Shown one piece after another: positions 1 to 9,959 of a DNA stretch of 43,951 bases. The notes under the pieces are model-generated. The model was not told where the DNA came from. It ran no database searches and was given only the letters and a program-made list of their open reading frames with translations. The position numbers were made by a program, and so were the translations under genes. Every line of letters begins with the position of its first letter. Position 1 is the stretch's first letter. This stretch comes from Waddliaceae bacterium (GTDB lineage Bacteria; Chlamydiota; Chlamydiia; Chlamydiales; Waddliaceae). The stretch is taken from the NCBI GenBank assembly GCA_963724325.1, contig CAVRUH010000008.1, forward strand, positions 1 to 43,951. Reading direction: 5' to 3'.

Positions 1-591
1 ACCATTTGTCTGGATTATGGTTATGACACATCGCTGATAGAACTCATGTCTGAACTGTTAAATCATGGTAATTGCGAAAAAAAACCATTAACAGATAATG
101 AGGTTGGTTTAATTAAGCAAATTATTCGCAAATTACCTGACGATTGGTCGAGCAAAGTAACTGTATTGCGTTCGTTATTTTCCATAGAAGCACTTACGGC
201 AGATTTATGGCATAATTGCCTTGATAAACTTTTAGAAATTTTAAGAGACGATACAGCATTAAAAAATTGTGATTATCATTCGATGCTTTCTTTTTTTGTT
301 GAGATTAGATTTTTGTTTGAAAAGGCTCTATTTGGATCTTATCAATTGCATTTCGATTGGATTATCATTTGCAAACTTATTTATGACAAGGCGCTTAAAA
401 AAGATCGGGGTTTATCTCGAGATATTTTGTACCCAATTATTGAACAATCCTACAATGTAATTGCTAATTCAGTTCTGGAAAAGGAGGCTGCGAGGTATAT
501 TGCACCCATGTTTCATGTACACTATGAACATGAGGGTGCTACTTTGGTGCGTGAAGGAAAAAAAATAAAGTGTATAATGGCAAAAAAGTAA
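1..591 (+). CDS. Hypothetical protein, 5'-truncated by window edge
   Basis: Frame 1 is open from base 1 (TICLDYGYDTSLIEL) into the ORF called at 46; no recognisable motif. Confidence 0.7.
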   Translation, partial: TICLDYGYDTSLIELMSELLNHGNCEKKPLTDNEVGLIKQIIRKLPDDWSSKVTVLRSLFSIEALTADLWHNCLDKLLEILRDDTALKNCDYHSMLSFFVEIRFLFEKALFGSYQLHFDWIIICKLIYDKALKKDRGLSRDILYPIIEQSYNVIANSVLEKEAARYIAPMFHVHYEHEGATLVREGKKIKCIMAKK

Positions 592-603
592 ATTTGCGTT
601 AAC

Positions 604-1392
604 ATGGTTAGCATGAAAACAATCATTATGAAATTTGGAGGCGCTGCGGTCGCAACGCCTGAACATTTTGGTAGAATAGCTGAGATAATCGCTAAAAGAA
701 GAGCTGAATACTCTCGCGTTGTCGTCGTTGTTAGTGCTATGGGAGATACTACGGATCAGCTTATAGCATTGGCAAAACAGGTCAATCCTGATCCGCCGCG
801 GAGAGAATACGACATGCTCATTACTGTCGGAGAGAGGATTAGCATTTCGTTATTGGCAATGGCCCTTGCTAAAATTGGACAGGAGGCAGTCAGTTTTACT
901 GGAAGTCAATCGGGAATTATTACAACAGTGCATCATAGTAATGCTCGTATTATAGATGTGAGGCCACATCGCATTTTGTCAAGTATTGAGCAGGGAAAAG
1001 TGGTGATTGTGGCTGGATTCCAGGGCGTGAGCAGGGGAGGGGAGATCACAACTTTGGGAAGGGGAGGCTCGGACACTTCAGCGGTGGCCATGGGTGTTGC
1101 CCTTGGTGCGGAGGTTGTAGAGTTTTATAAAGATGTCCCAGGAATATATGAGGAAAATCCTAAGGTTAATCCCAAGGCAAAGAGGTTAGCGCAGATGTCA
1201 TATGATCAGGTTATGGACATTGTAAAAAATGGTGCAGAGGTATTGCACGATAGATGTATAGCATTGGCCAAAAAAAATGCGCTTCCCATACATGTGCGTT
1301 CTTTTGAAATTCAAGATGAGTCAGTTATAGGAACCTCCATCTATCAGCATGATCTCCAACGTCCTAGTTTGCCGCTCTTTGAACAGGAATAG
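604..1392 (+). CDS. lysC: Aspartate kinase (catalytic domain only, no ACT domains)
   Basis: KFGG, VVVVSAMGDTTD, GERIS, VAGFQG, TTLGRGGSDTSA, DVPGIY motifs. Confidence 0.93.
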   Translation: MVSMKTIIMKFGGAAVATPEHFGRIAEIIAKRRAEYSRVVVVVSAMGDTTDQLIALAKQVNPDPPRREYDMLITVGERISISLLAMALAKIGQEAVSFTGSQSGIITTVHHSNARIIDVRPHRILSSIEQGKVVIVAGFQGVSRGGEITTLGRGGSDTSAVAMGVALGAEVVEFYKDVPGIYEENPKVNPKAKRLAQMSYDQVMDIVKNGAEVLHDRCIALAKKNALPIHVRSFEIQDESVIGTSIYQHDLQRPSLPLFEQE

Positions 1393-1401
1393 CAAGGACA
1401 C

Positions 1402-1436
1402 AAAGGGACATAAGCTTATTTCTTTTATGTCCTTTT
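1402..1436 (+). terminator. Hairpin after aspartokinase, possible terminator
   Basis: AAAGGGACATAA ... TTATGTCCTTTT inverted repeat just after the stop. Confidence 0.4.
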
Positions 1437-1503
1437 AGGTATTGGAAATAAATGGAGAAAGTTGTATGTTTCGTTCTTTATCCAACACAGCTGATTTTGA
1501 CTT

Positions 1504-3405
1504 ATGATTGAAAATAATTGCCTTTTGCGCATTAAAACTGATTTTGATGTATCTACGGAGAACTCTAACAATGGCCTCTACAAGGAAGTCATACAGAATA
1601 CTTTATTAAAAATCCTTCCTACAGAAATGCTAGGGGGGCAAATTGACGACTACCAAGAAAAATTGAGCACTCTACTCCCTCTGGTGCATTCAACTGCTTG
1701 TTCCGTTATTCCTGCGAATATGTCATTTTATGTTTTGGCAAAATATAGACCAAATTCTTTTAAATTTTTTTTTGAAATGATAAGTCGATGGTTGGTCCCA
1801 GGGAAACGTTTAAATGTTATTTTGGTTAATGCCGCCGATTTTTCTTTCGCCGATTTCCCAAAAGACCTCTATACTCTTTGCGAAGTAATGATCAAATTAG
1901 AAAACCAGGATGAACTTGATGAAATCATGCGACATCTTCCGATAATTGAAACAGAAGTTTGCCTTGGGGTAGATTCGGCATACTATGCAAGAAGAATATT
2001 GGAGGTTAAAGGGCTCAGTACTGATGAGAAAACAGCCATGATTCAGGAATATATTGCCTATATTGTAGACCGACTTCCTAATAATTTCCAGTATGATGTA
2101 TTTACAGAGATGCAACACGTACTTGTGATGTGCCGCGATGAATTCAAAGCAAAACGGAACATTAAACACTTGAGCAGAATCATTTGTGCGCAGTATTTAT
2201 TCAGAAAATTGATGCGTGACAAGGTGAAAATCGCTCCGAAAAACCGTCATTTTCTCGTGAAGTTGTTTAGAGCCAATATTTCCGTCATACATGAGAAGAA
2301 AAAGGTTCTTGGAGTCCTTGTCGGATTGAATTTTATGCGTGATAAAGAGGTCTTTGAAGAGTCGCATGTGATTAGGGCCATTCAGAATTATATTCCGCAT
2401 GCACGTGTTGTAGAAAATTCATTTTTTAGCAATCGCAGGGGAACTGAAAGTATCTGCACACTGTATCTAGAAGTTGAAAAGAATGATGGAAGTCAATTTT
2501 CTCCTGAGGAAGTAGGGATTTTACGAAATAAGTTATCGATTGATTTGGAGGGGTGTATTGAACAGATGATGCATCCAGTGTTTATGCCGCGGAATGAGGA
2601 AGAGATCATGCGTAATATTTTGAGTCTGAGCAATCAGATTAAATATGTGCGAGATATTCCTCAGATGATTGTGACTTTTGAAGAACAGACACAGCTGCAC
2701 CTCTTTTTTACAATTATTATTGTTAGGGTTGTGAATGTTGGGGCGCAGACAGTGATGGAAGCGTTTAATCAGTCTGGAACGTTTTTAGAATATTTGCATG
2801 ATCAGTGTAAGACTGTGGGGTATTTGCGTAAGAAGTATAGGAAGGAGGCCACGGTTTTTAGGGTGAAGGTGCCTAAGGAGCAGTTTTTGCGAAGGGATCA
2901 GTCTATTGATCTTTACAAAGCCCGGCAAGTAGTTGTTGCGGAAATTTCGAATATTTTGGGAGAAATTCGGGATTTTAATGGGGGGATGATTACTAAGCAG
3001 AACGAGTTGTTAGCGGCAGTTCGAAAGTTATTGGGGGGGTCATTGAGGTATAATGAGCTATTATTGGAGAATTTATTTTATTCGTTGAGTCCGGTGATGA
3101 TGAGGACAGTGTTGGAGCCTGAGACCTTTAAGAACTTTTTTTTGATGTTTTTGGAGGCGATTTCCAAAAAGACCACTATGGTATTTAAGTTTGATATTGA
3201 TTTTGTTTATATGACGACGCCTTGCAGTGAGGAGGAGACGGAGGAAAAGATCAAGGCTAGCCTGGACAAGTTAATGATTAATTCCAGGTCGCTTGCGACG
3301 GCCTGCGTCACGCTCTCCAACACCCCCTACTTCGGCATCATCTACCGTTGCGATGACCCCGCCAAGCAAGCCGAATTTTCCCAAGCCTTACAAAAAGATG
3401 TTTAA
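1504..3405 (+). CDS. Conserved hypothetical protein (Chlamydiota-type)
   Basis: 633-aa ORF with conserved-looking blocks (PVFMPRNEEE, RDFNGGMI); function not recognised. Confidence 0.75.
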   Translation: MIENNCLLRIKTDFDVSTENSNNGLYKEVIQNTLLKILPTEMLGGQIDDYQEKLSTLLPLVHSTACSVIPANMSFYVLAKYRPNSFKFFFEMISRWLVPGKRLNVILVNAADFSFADFPKDLYTLCEVMIKLENQDELDEIMRHLPIIETEVCLGVDSAYYARRILEVKGLSTDEKTAMIQEYIAYIVDRLPNNFQYDVFTEMQHVLVMCRDEFKAKRNIKHLSRIICAQYLFRKLMRDKVKIAPKNRHFLVKLFRANISVIHEKKKVLGVLVGLNFMRDKEVFEESHVIRAIQNYIPHARVVENSFFSNRRGTESICTLYLEVEKNDGSQFSPEEVGILRNKLSIDLEGCIEQMMHPVFMPRNEEEIMRNILSLSNQIKYVRDIPQMIVTFEEQTQLHLFFTIIIVRVVNVGAQTVMEAFNQSGTFLEYLHDQCKTVGYLRKKYRKEATVFRVKVPKEQFLRRDQSIDLYKARQVVVAEISNILGEIRDFNGGMITKQNELLAAVRKLLGGSLRYNELLLENLFYSLSPVMMRTVLEPETFKNFFLMFLEAISKKTTMVFKFDIDFVYMTTPCSEEETEEKIKASLDKLMINSRSLATACVTLSNTPYFGIIYRCDDPAKQAEFSQALQKDV

Positions 3406-3421
3406 ATGAGACTATGACAAC

Positions 3422-5005
3422 TTAAAAGAGTGATCTTCTCAAATTTGATTTCTCAAGAAATTCTTCAAGTTGCGAAAAGTCAAAACTTCCTGTATGAGAT
3501 GTTCTTTCGGAGACGATAAGTTGATGCGCTTTATCTCTAGAAGATGGTAAACTCGCCACCTGTTTATCGGTTTGCTCCTTTGATATAACCACATCTTCGG
3601 TCCCTCTAACTATGGCAATATTGCCTTTTACCTTTGCAATATTTTTAACATTGTTGAAGTTAATTATTGCTGGTAAAATTTTATTCAAGATACTTCTTAT
3701 AATAGGAAAGCGTTCTCTTGCAACTTCTCGATAATCAGCGAAACTCCTGTCTAATATTAAGTTTACCCCTGCTCTTCTTGCAGCTAAATGAGATGCCGGG
3801 CCACCTCCCATACAATGTCCATGTACAAGCAGATCTTTATTTTGAACATGTTTTTCACTATTGAGATATTGGTATGCTGTTTCAAGATCTAATTTTATCT
3901 TTGTAGAGGTGGGGCTACCCTCACTTTTCCCATAACCTCTATAATCTACCATCATGACATTCATGCCTTTAATTAGGTAGCTTGCTGCCAAATGTTTATA
4001 GGCCGCAGCCGATATTCCAGATCCCCCTGCTATCAATACTGTTGGATGGGACTCCTGGGGGTTGGCGTCATTAATAGAAGGGATATTAGATGAGGGAACT
4101 TTTCCCAGCATGATAACTGAGCCCTTCACTTCTTTTTGATTAGGAATGGGGGCATTCGGATACGACTCAAGTCCTAAACGCTTCATTATATTTATGCTTT
4201 TTTCTCCTTCTGCATTTGGAACGAGTTTGGTTTGAGTTGTATGCACACCTCCTTGCTCGTGGATGATAATTTGAGGAGTAGTATACTCAGGTTTTAAAAT
4301 CAGCATTTGCTCTTTGCTGCCATCTGGCTGAATTTTTACCTCTTTATCATAAAATTTGTCAATATGATCTCTGAAATCTTTTGCGCTCATGTACATACCA
4401 TTAATATTATCTCCATCTGGAGTTTTCATTGTAACTTCTTGTCCACCTATAAATTTAAGATGTTCCCTGGCCTCTGAAACGCGTTTTTCATCGATAAATT
4501 TACCTTTAAGAAAAGAAGCTCCTTCAAAAATCACTGCTTTTAGTGGTCTAACTAATAAAGTCTTTGCAATATGATTAATTTTACTTACTCTTCTTATTTG
4601 TTCGCTTTTATCGCCATAGTCATAAATGGCTTCGAATGCATGTTTATCAATGCTTTGTTCTTTTCTGGATTTGTGAAGTATGGATTCCGCTTTTAAAGCG
4701 ACTTTTGCAGCGCTTTTAATTTTTTCATCGCCAAATTTTTCCAAACTTCTGACAACATTAAAAATAAATTGGGAAGCTGGAGCCTGAACTCCTAATTTAT
4801 TGGATAGGAATGTAGCTATGTTTCCAGCTGCATAAAGGGCAAGGGCTTGAGTCTTTAATGCTAAAACCTGAAGCTTTGGAGGTAACTTTGTGAAAACTGA
4901 GGAACCGCTTGGCAGACTCCCTTTTTGTGCTGCAAGCTGCATCCCTTCGCCAGTATTTGCAAGTTCAACATAACTATGATCATGTGAAACAATCTTTCTT
5001 ATCAT
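3422..5005 (-). CDS. Alpha/beta-hydrolase family protein with N-terminal extension (candidate effector)
   Basis: DYRGYGKSEG, nucleophile elbow GHCMGG, LILDRSF, then Asp (GTEDVVI) and His (SHTG). Confidence 0.85.
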   Translation of the reverse strand: MIRKIVSHDHSYVELANTGEGMQLAAQKGSLPSGSSVFTKLPPKLQVLALKTQALALYAAGNIATFLSNKLGVQAPASQFIFNVVRSLEKFGDEKIKSAAKVALKAESILHKSRKEQSIDKHAFEAIYDYGDKSEQIRRVSKINHIAKTLLVRPLKAVIFEGASFLKGKFIDEKRVSEAREHLKFIGGQEVTMKTPDGDNINGMYMSAKDFRDHIDKFYDKEVKIQPDGSKEQMLILKPEYTTPQIIIHEQGGVHTTQTKLVPNAEGEKSINIMKRLGLESYPNAPIPNQKEVKGSVIMLGKVPSSNIPSINDANPQESHPTVLIAGGSGISAAAYKHLAASYLIKGMNVMMVDYRGYGKSEGSPTSTKIKLDLETAYQYLNSEKHVQNKDLLVHGHCMGGGPASHLAARRAGVNLILDRSFADYREVARERFPIIRSILNKILPAIINFNNVKNIAKVKGNIAIVRGTEDVVISKEQTDKQVASLPSSRDKAHQLIVSERTSHTGSFDFSQLEEFLEKSNLRRSLF

Positions 5006-5171
5006 TTGATCACCTTGATTTTTTATTTATACTATAATATTAAATCAACAACCATATAACATAATTATACAATTAATAACTAATTTTTTCAACTCTATTT
5101 ATATTGTTATTGTAAGTAATGCTATTTTACTGTAATAAACGTGCTGTGCGAATTAATCATACGAAATGATT

Positions 5172-8100
5172 TTATTTCATAATGTCTTGCAAGATTTTGG
5201 GGCGGGGGATTTTTACTACGGCATTTTTTGTTGATAGGACCTTTATCAACTTACCTGGGTAAAATCGGGAAAGCTTCATTCTTTCTGTAATAGGCAAATC
5301 TAGTAATTTTTTTTCATCATTCTTGTATTTTTCTGCCAATTCGACTTGTCCATTCTGCATAAGGTGTTCGACAACTTTTTCTTTTAAGCGTATTTGAAGC
5401 TCAATCAAGCCTACAACAGTTGTTTTAGTTGTAAACTCTGAACAGATCATTTTTTGTCCAAGGGAGATATCCTCATTGAAAAATTTTTCGTGAAGTTTTT
5501 GGAAAGGTCGTGGTGCTTTCTTATATCTATCTGCAACCATATACTTTGCCTTCCCAGCATCAATTCTTCTTTTCTTGTCATTCGCTAAACCTTGAAATTT
5601 CTTTGTGAATTTTTCTTCATGATGTACTTCAGTTTCGATTCCTTGAAAGAGTTTATTAATCTCTTCTTCATAGTGATCACCATACATTTCTTGAAATATT
5701 GGAATACTTTCACGGGACAATAGCTTAACTGGAAGAATTCGGTATACGTCAGAATAAGTCAGTTGTTTAAACCGTAGCTCATCAAATAACCATTTTCCCA
5801 TAATTTCCGAAATGAATACTTTATTAGAGACTTCATTTGATACAAATAGTTTACCTTCATGTTGATAACGCGTGATTAAATTTCTTTGGAACGAGGTGCC
5901 CAGATTTGCTTTAGCTCCACGAAAAGCAAGCTCATCATCAATTATCGGTAAGTATATGTCTCCTGTAGAATAATTTTGTTCTTCCCCTATCGCAGATTGA
6001 ATTTTTGAAGTAATATCCACAGCAATAGTTCTGAGTTTATCCAAATTTTCTATATTACTAGATAATGGATCATTAATCTTTATATCACCAGAAGTAAGGC
6101 CCATACTCTTAATTTTTTCAAACATTTTACTGGATTTAATAAGTTGTTCTAATATTCCAAATTCACTAATTGTAATTTTTTCGTTCGGTTGCAGAGGAAG
6201 GCCCTCTGAAATCTTTTGCCATGCATTAACTAATTTATCTGTAGTTGCTTGGAATTGACTAAGTAACTTTGATTTAAATGTAAAGGCTCTTAAAAATTTA
6301 AGTGTTGCTGTCGAAATACCATCAGCTATATGATTTGATTGGATGTGTTTTGAGAGAAGTTTGTTCAGAGTTTTATTACCACTAGCATACTCAAAAAAAT
6401 CACATAATCCTTTTTTCTGGTCAGAATTTAGTACAAAATTTTTATTTCCTTTTAAATTTTCTAAACAGTGACTGATGATCCTTAAATTTTTTAGTTCTTC
6501 GGTAGAAAGATCAGAAAAATTAATATCATTAGTAACAAGACCATGAACACTTCGATTAGAAATATTAGTTAAATCTTCAATAGTAATTTCACTTTGAATC
6601 TCATTTAAGCTATCGATGAGTTCAGTTTTTCGATCATCAGATATTTCTTTGAATTCACTTATAAGTGTTAAAATTTCAAGGTACTTTTTTGCATAAGGCA
6701 CGGCGAGATCGAGTTCATTTTGAGAAAGGAGGTCAATGCTATCTGTTAGCTTTCCTTTCTCTAATAGTTGAGTTGCTATATCTTTTAGAATATCTAATAC
6801 TTGTGGAATGTTTTCTGGGAAAACGGCCATGCTTCTTAAGCGCTGTATGTCTATTGAAGCGTCGATCTCTAATTTTAGCGGCTGTGGAGCAAATAATTTT
6901 TTTTCATTAGGAGTTAATAAGGATTCCGTGTCGAAAGTTGTGCTTAAAAGACGATGCTCTTTAGTTGCAATAATCTTATTTAGTAGATATTTAAGAGAAT
7001 CTATCTCATCATTTACAATTTTCATTTCATCAAAGGAAGTAATTTCTTCCTGTGATGTTTTGAGTTCTTCAATTCTTTCTGAAAGTGAGTCAATTTGTTC
7101 TTTTGTGATATCGAATATCCATATTGGTTGTTCTTGATCAGGTAAATTGATGAGGAATTTCTGATGTTGTTGATAAAACACATCATCAGAAATATTATCA
7201 AGATTGGTTTTGTACATTCTTAATTTTTGCATAAACTCTTTATTCATCACACCAATATCATATATTCTAGTATCACCAGATTGGAATTGTATTGTCACTT
7301 CCCGCTCTTTTAGTAACGGTTCAATTTTTTTTACCATTATTCCAGAAGAAAATATTTTCATATACTCATTAATAGTTTCTGCATATTCTTCTTTTAATAA
7401 ATTTATTTTTATCTCGAGATCAATTATCTGTTCGTCCATTTCTAAGTCAATTTCTGAGTCTAATAAAATATTATTTCTGTTATCAATTAATGCTTTGGCT
7501 TCATTGCTTAATTTCTCAAGACTATTATAATGTTCGGTGGAAAATTCTTTAAATGATTCCTTCACTTCATCTAATTCAAATATTGAGTCATCTTTCATTA
7601 AACTAATGTTTTTGAACTTTGAAAATAATTCTAGCAATTGTTCTTTAGTATTATTGGAGAAATAAGCTGATAAATTCTCTAATTCGTCTACACTAAGTTG
7701 AGTAATGTCCATGTATCTGACGGGTTGAAATAATACTTCCTCATTTGCTATCATTTTCCTATTTTCCCAATCATTAAGTACTGTTAAAAGAAGTTCTTTT
7801 TTAATATAAAGCTCTTTAAGCTCTTTTTCTTTTTCTTCTCTTTTAATAGGTCTCATAGAGTATTTAACGACTTTTTTTTCAATTTCTGCAATTTTTAATT
7901 CTAGGTGTTTTATTGAATTTTTTACATCATTTTGCGAAGATGCCACAATGTACTCCTCTCCTTCTGGCAATCTAATCATTCGGGTTTGTGGGGATGAGAG
8001 TCGTATTAATTGTTCCGCCAGTTGAGATCCTTGTAACTCATGCCAAGCTTCCTTTGATACTGAAAAGGCGTTTATGGCATTTATTTTGAGGCGGGAAAGA

Positions 8101-9827
8101 AGATCATGTTCTATGGTTTCATCTGTTAGATTTGCATGCTCATCTGCAGAAACTAATGGTTTGATAATATCTCTTAGTATTTTAGATACGTTCACCAGAT
8201 ATGGATGTAGATTCTGTGAAAGATAGGGCATGAGCCCGAAAATGTCTTTGTTTTTTTCTATGATGACGTTTATATATCTGTCCATTAGTGGAATTAGAGT
8301 TTGTTTATAAATATCCCAGCGAGAATCATTATCTATAATTTCTGATTCGCTACTTTTATCTATATTAGCGATAATAAAATCTCTAATGTCATTTTCATTT
8401 GAATTAATTTCTATTTTGTGTTGTTGATATATAGCCTCTTTAAGTTCCTTAGGGATTGCAGTTTTAAACGAAAGGTATTTTTCCGCATAATTGAGTTTTT
8501 GGGCTATAATTTCAGGTTTTTGAAATAAACTTAGTTCATATAATCCACCATTCATGTATAAATCCTGAAGTAACTTTCCCCAAAGTCGAATCATGAAGAC
8601 CTTGTTTTCGTCTGTTATTTCGATATTCTTTAGTGCATCTAAGGGCATGTCTACTGCATCGATATCCATCAGTTGAGTTATTGGACTAAGTAAATCAGTT
8701 GTAGCAGAGGGATTTTGCGGATTCTCAATTGCAGTTTCCAAAGGTAATAAGGCTTTGAAAACTTCCCATCTAATTTTTAGGTCATTTGCTGCATGCCTGG
8801 TGATTTCTTTTTTGTGTTTGAATATTACTTTATTAAACAGCTTATCTGCAATATCGGTTTCTCTAAATTTTGATAGTATTTTGGGGTTGGCCAGTGGAGA
8901 TTTTTTTAATTTCTCTAAAATATTTTTGGCTTCAGTTGTAACTATATCCTTTGCGAGTTCAAAAATTTCATTTTGAGGTAGCGATGTTGGAATTTTAATT
9001 TTTGCGGCAGTGGAAGATGTTAAAAGTTTTGCATAAAGGCTTAAAAAAAGAGCTAAAATATCATTTATTATATTTTGAAAAGCAGTTTTAATAGATATAA
9101 AAATAGTATCCGTTTTCTTTAAATTCACATTATTCCCTGAGTCATCAATTCTGACAATAAATTGGTTTTTTACAATATCAACAACATTTTCATGGTTTAG
9201 TTGATTCTGTAAAGTCTCTGTTAGGTCATTAACCTCAGATTTCAATATATCTACCCAACCTTTTAAATCATTATCAAGCTGATCTTCAGGAAAAATTTCA
9301 TTAATTAAATCATTTATTAATTCAATTTTTTCAGTGATTTTTGTCTCGATGAATTTCTCTATTTGAACGATAGTGTTTTGGATATTGCTACTTTCTATTC
9401 TCATAAAGCTTTTTGCAGTAATAGATTTTTTATTCAGTTCCTTATTGATTAAATCATTTAATTTCTCTTTTGCTTCTTTTAAGATTTTATTAGGATTCGA
9501 TGTTTCAGTATTTTGTTTTGAAATGAACTTACTAATCTTTTTGTTGATTTTAAAATGCTTGCCAATTAATATATTTATTTGGTCGACAACTTTCCCTTCG
9601 ATACCATTTATAAGTGAATTAATTTCATTGGAGAATTCTTCGAAAAACTCTATAAATTTTCCCTGCTTTTCTACATCTGAAGTAATTAATTTTTCAGTTT
9701 TAGTAAATATTTTTCCAATAGCATCATTCACTTTAATATTTAAATGTGTATTTTTATTGCTTGTTGTTGCATCTGGTAATTCATTGGGTGAATTACTAGA
9801 AAATGAACTATTAATTGGGCCTGACAT
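5172..9827 (-). CDS. 1551-aa coiled-coil-rich protein with C-terminal permuted papain-like (NlpC/P60-type) domain; candidate effector
   Basis: Ser/Asn-rich N-terminus; C-terminal order TGDIY...YQH...MICSEF...YPGKL. The ORF is secure, the domain call is moderate. Confidence 0.7.
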   Translation of the reverse strand: MSGPINSSFSSNSPNELPDATTSNKNTHLNIKVNDAIGKIFTKTEKLITSDVEKQGKFIEFFEEFSNEINSLINGIEGKVVDQINILIGKHFKINKKISKFISKQNTETSNPNKILKEAKEKLNDLINKELNKKSITAKSFMRIESSNIQNTIVQIEKFIETKITEKIELINDLINEIFPEDQLDNDLKGWVDILKSEVNDLTETLQNQLNHENVVDIVKNQFIVRIDDSGNNVNLKKTDTIFISIKTAFQNIINDILALFLSLYAKLLTSSTAAKIKIPTSLPQNEIFELAKDIVTTEAKNILEKLKKSPLANPKILSKFRETDIADKLFNKVIFKHKKEITRHAANDLKIRWEVFKALLPLETAIENPQNPSATTDLLSPITQLMDIDAVDMPLDALKNIEITDENKVFMIRLWGKLLQDLYMNGGLYELSLFQKPEIIAQKLNYAEKYLSFKTAIPKELKEAIYQQHKIEINSNENDIRDFIIANIDKSSESEIIDNDSRWDIYKQTLIPLMDRYINVIIEKNKDIFGLMPYLSQNLHPYLVNVSKILRDIIKPLVSADEHANLTDETIEHDLLSRLKINAINAFSVSKEAWHELQGSQLAEQLIRLSSPQTRMIRLPEGEEYIVASSQNDVKNSIKHLELKIAEIEKKVVKYSMRPIKREEKEKELKELYIKKELLLTVLNDWENRKMIANEEVLFQPVRYMDITQLSVDELENLSAYFSNNTKEQLLELFSKFKNISLMKDDSIFELDEVKESFKEFSTEHYNSLEKLSNEAKALIDNRNNILLDSEIDLEMDEQIIDLEIKINLLKEEYAETINEYMKIFSSGIMVKKIEPLLKEREVTIQFQSGDTRIYDIGVMNKEFMQKLRMYKTNLDNISDDVFYQQHQKFLINLPDQEQPIWIFDITKEQIDSLSERIEELKTSQEEITSFDEMKIVNDEIDSLKYLLNKIIATKEHRLLSTTFDTESLLTPNEKKLFAPQPLKLEIDASIDIQRLRSMAVFPENIPQVLDILKDIATQLLEKGKLTDSIDLLSQNELDLAVPYAKKYLEILTLISEFKEISDDRKTELIDSLNEIQSEITIEDLTNISNRSVHGLVTNDINFSDLSTEELKNLRIISHCLENLKGNKNFVLNSDQKKGLCDFFEYASGNKTLNKLLSKHIQSNHIADGISTATLKFLRAFTFKSKLLSQFQATTDKLVNAWQKISEGLPLQPNEKITISEFGILEQLIKSSKMFEKIKSMGLTSGDIKINDPLSSNIENLDKLRTIAVDITSKIQSAIGEEQNYSTGDIYLPIIDDELAFRGAKANLGTSFQRNLITRYQHEGKLFVSNEVSNKVFISEIMGKWLFDELRFKQLTYSDVYRILPVKLLSRESIPIFQEMYGDHYEEEINKLFQGIETEVHHEEKFTKKFQGLANDKKRRIDAGKAKYMVADRYKKAPRPFQKLHEKFFNEDISLGQKMICSEFTTKTTVVGLIELQIRLKEKVVEHLMQNGQVELAEKYKNDEKKLLDLPITERMKLSRFYPGKLIKVLSTKNAVVKIPRPKILQDIMK

Positions 9828-9959
9828 AAATACTCCATATTACACGATACATATAAGAAAATGTAAAACTTCGCAAAATCTCATGGTCATTCTAAATTCC
9901 CTTACCAAGTATGATTATAACGTATTACTTAAATAGAAGTCAAATATTTATACATTTTT

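Noticed and set aside
9373..9936. 187-aa plus-strand ORF
   Set aside because: Antisense shadow of the 1551-aa gene with F/S/I/L-biased composition
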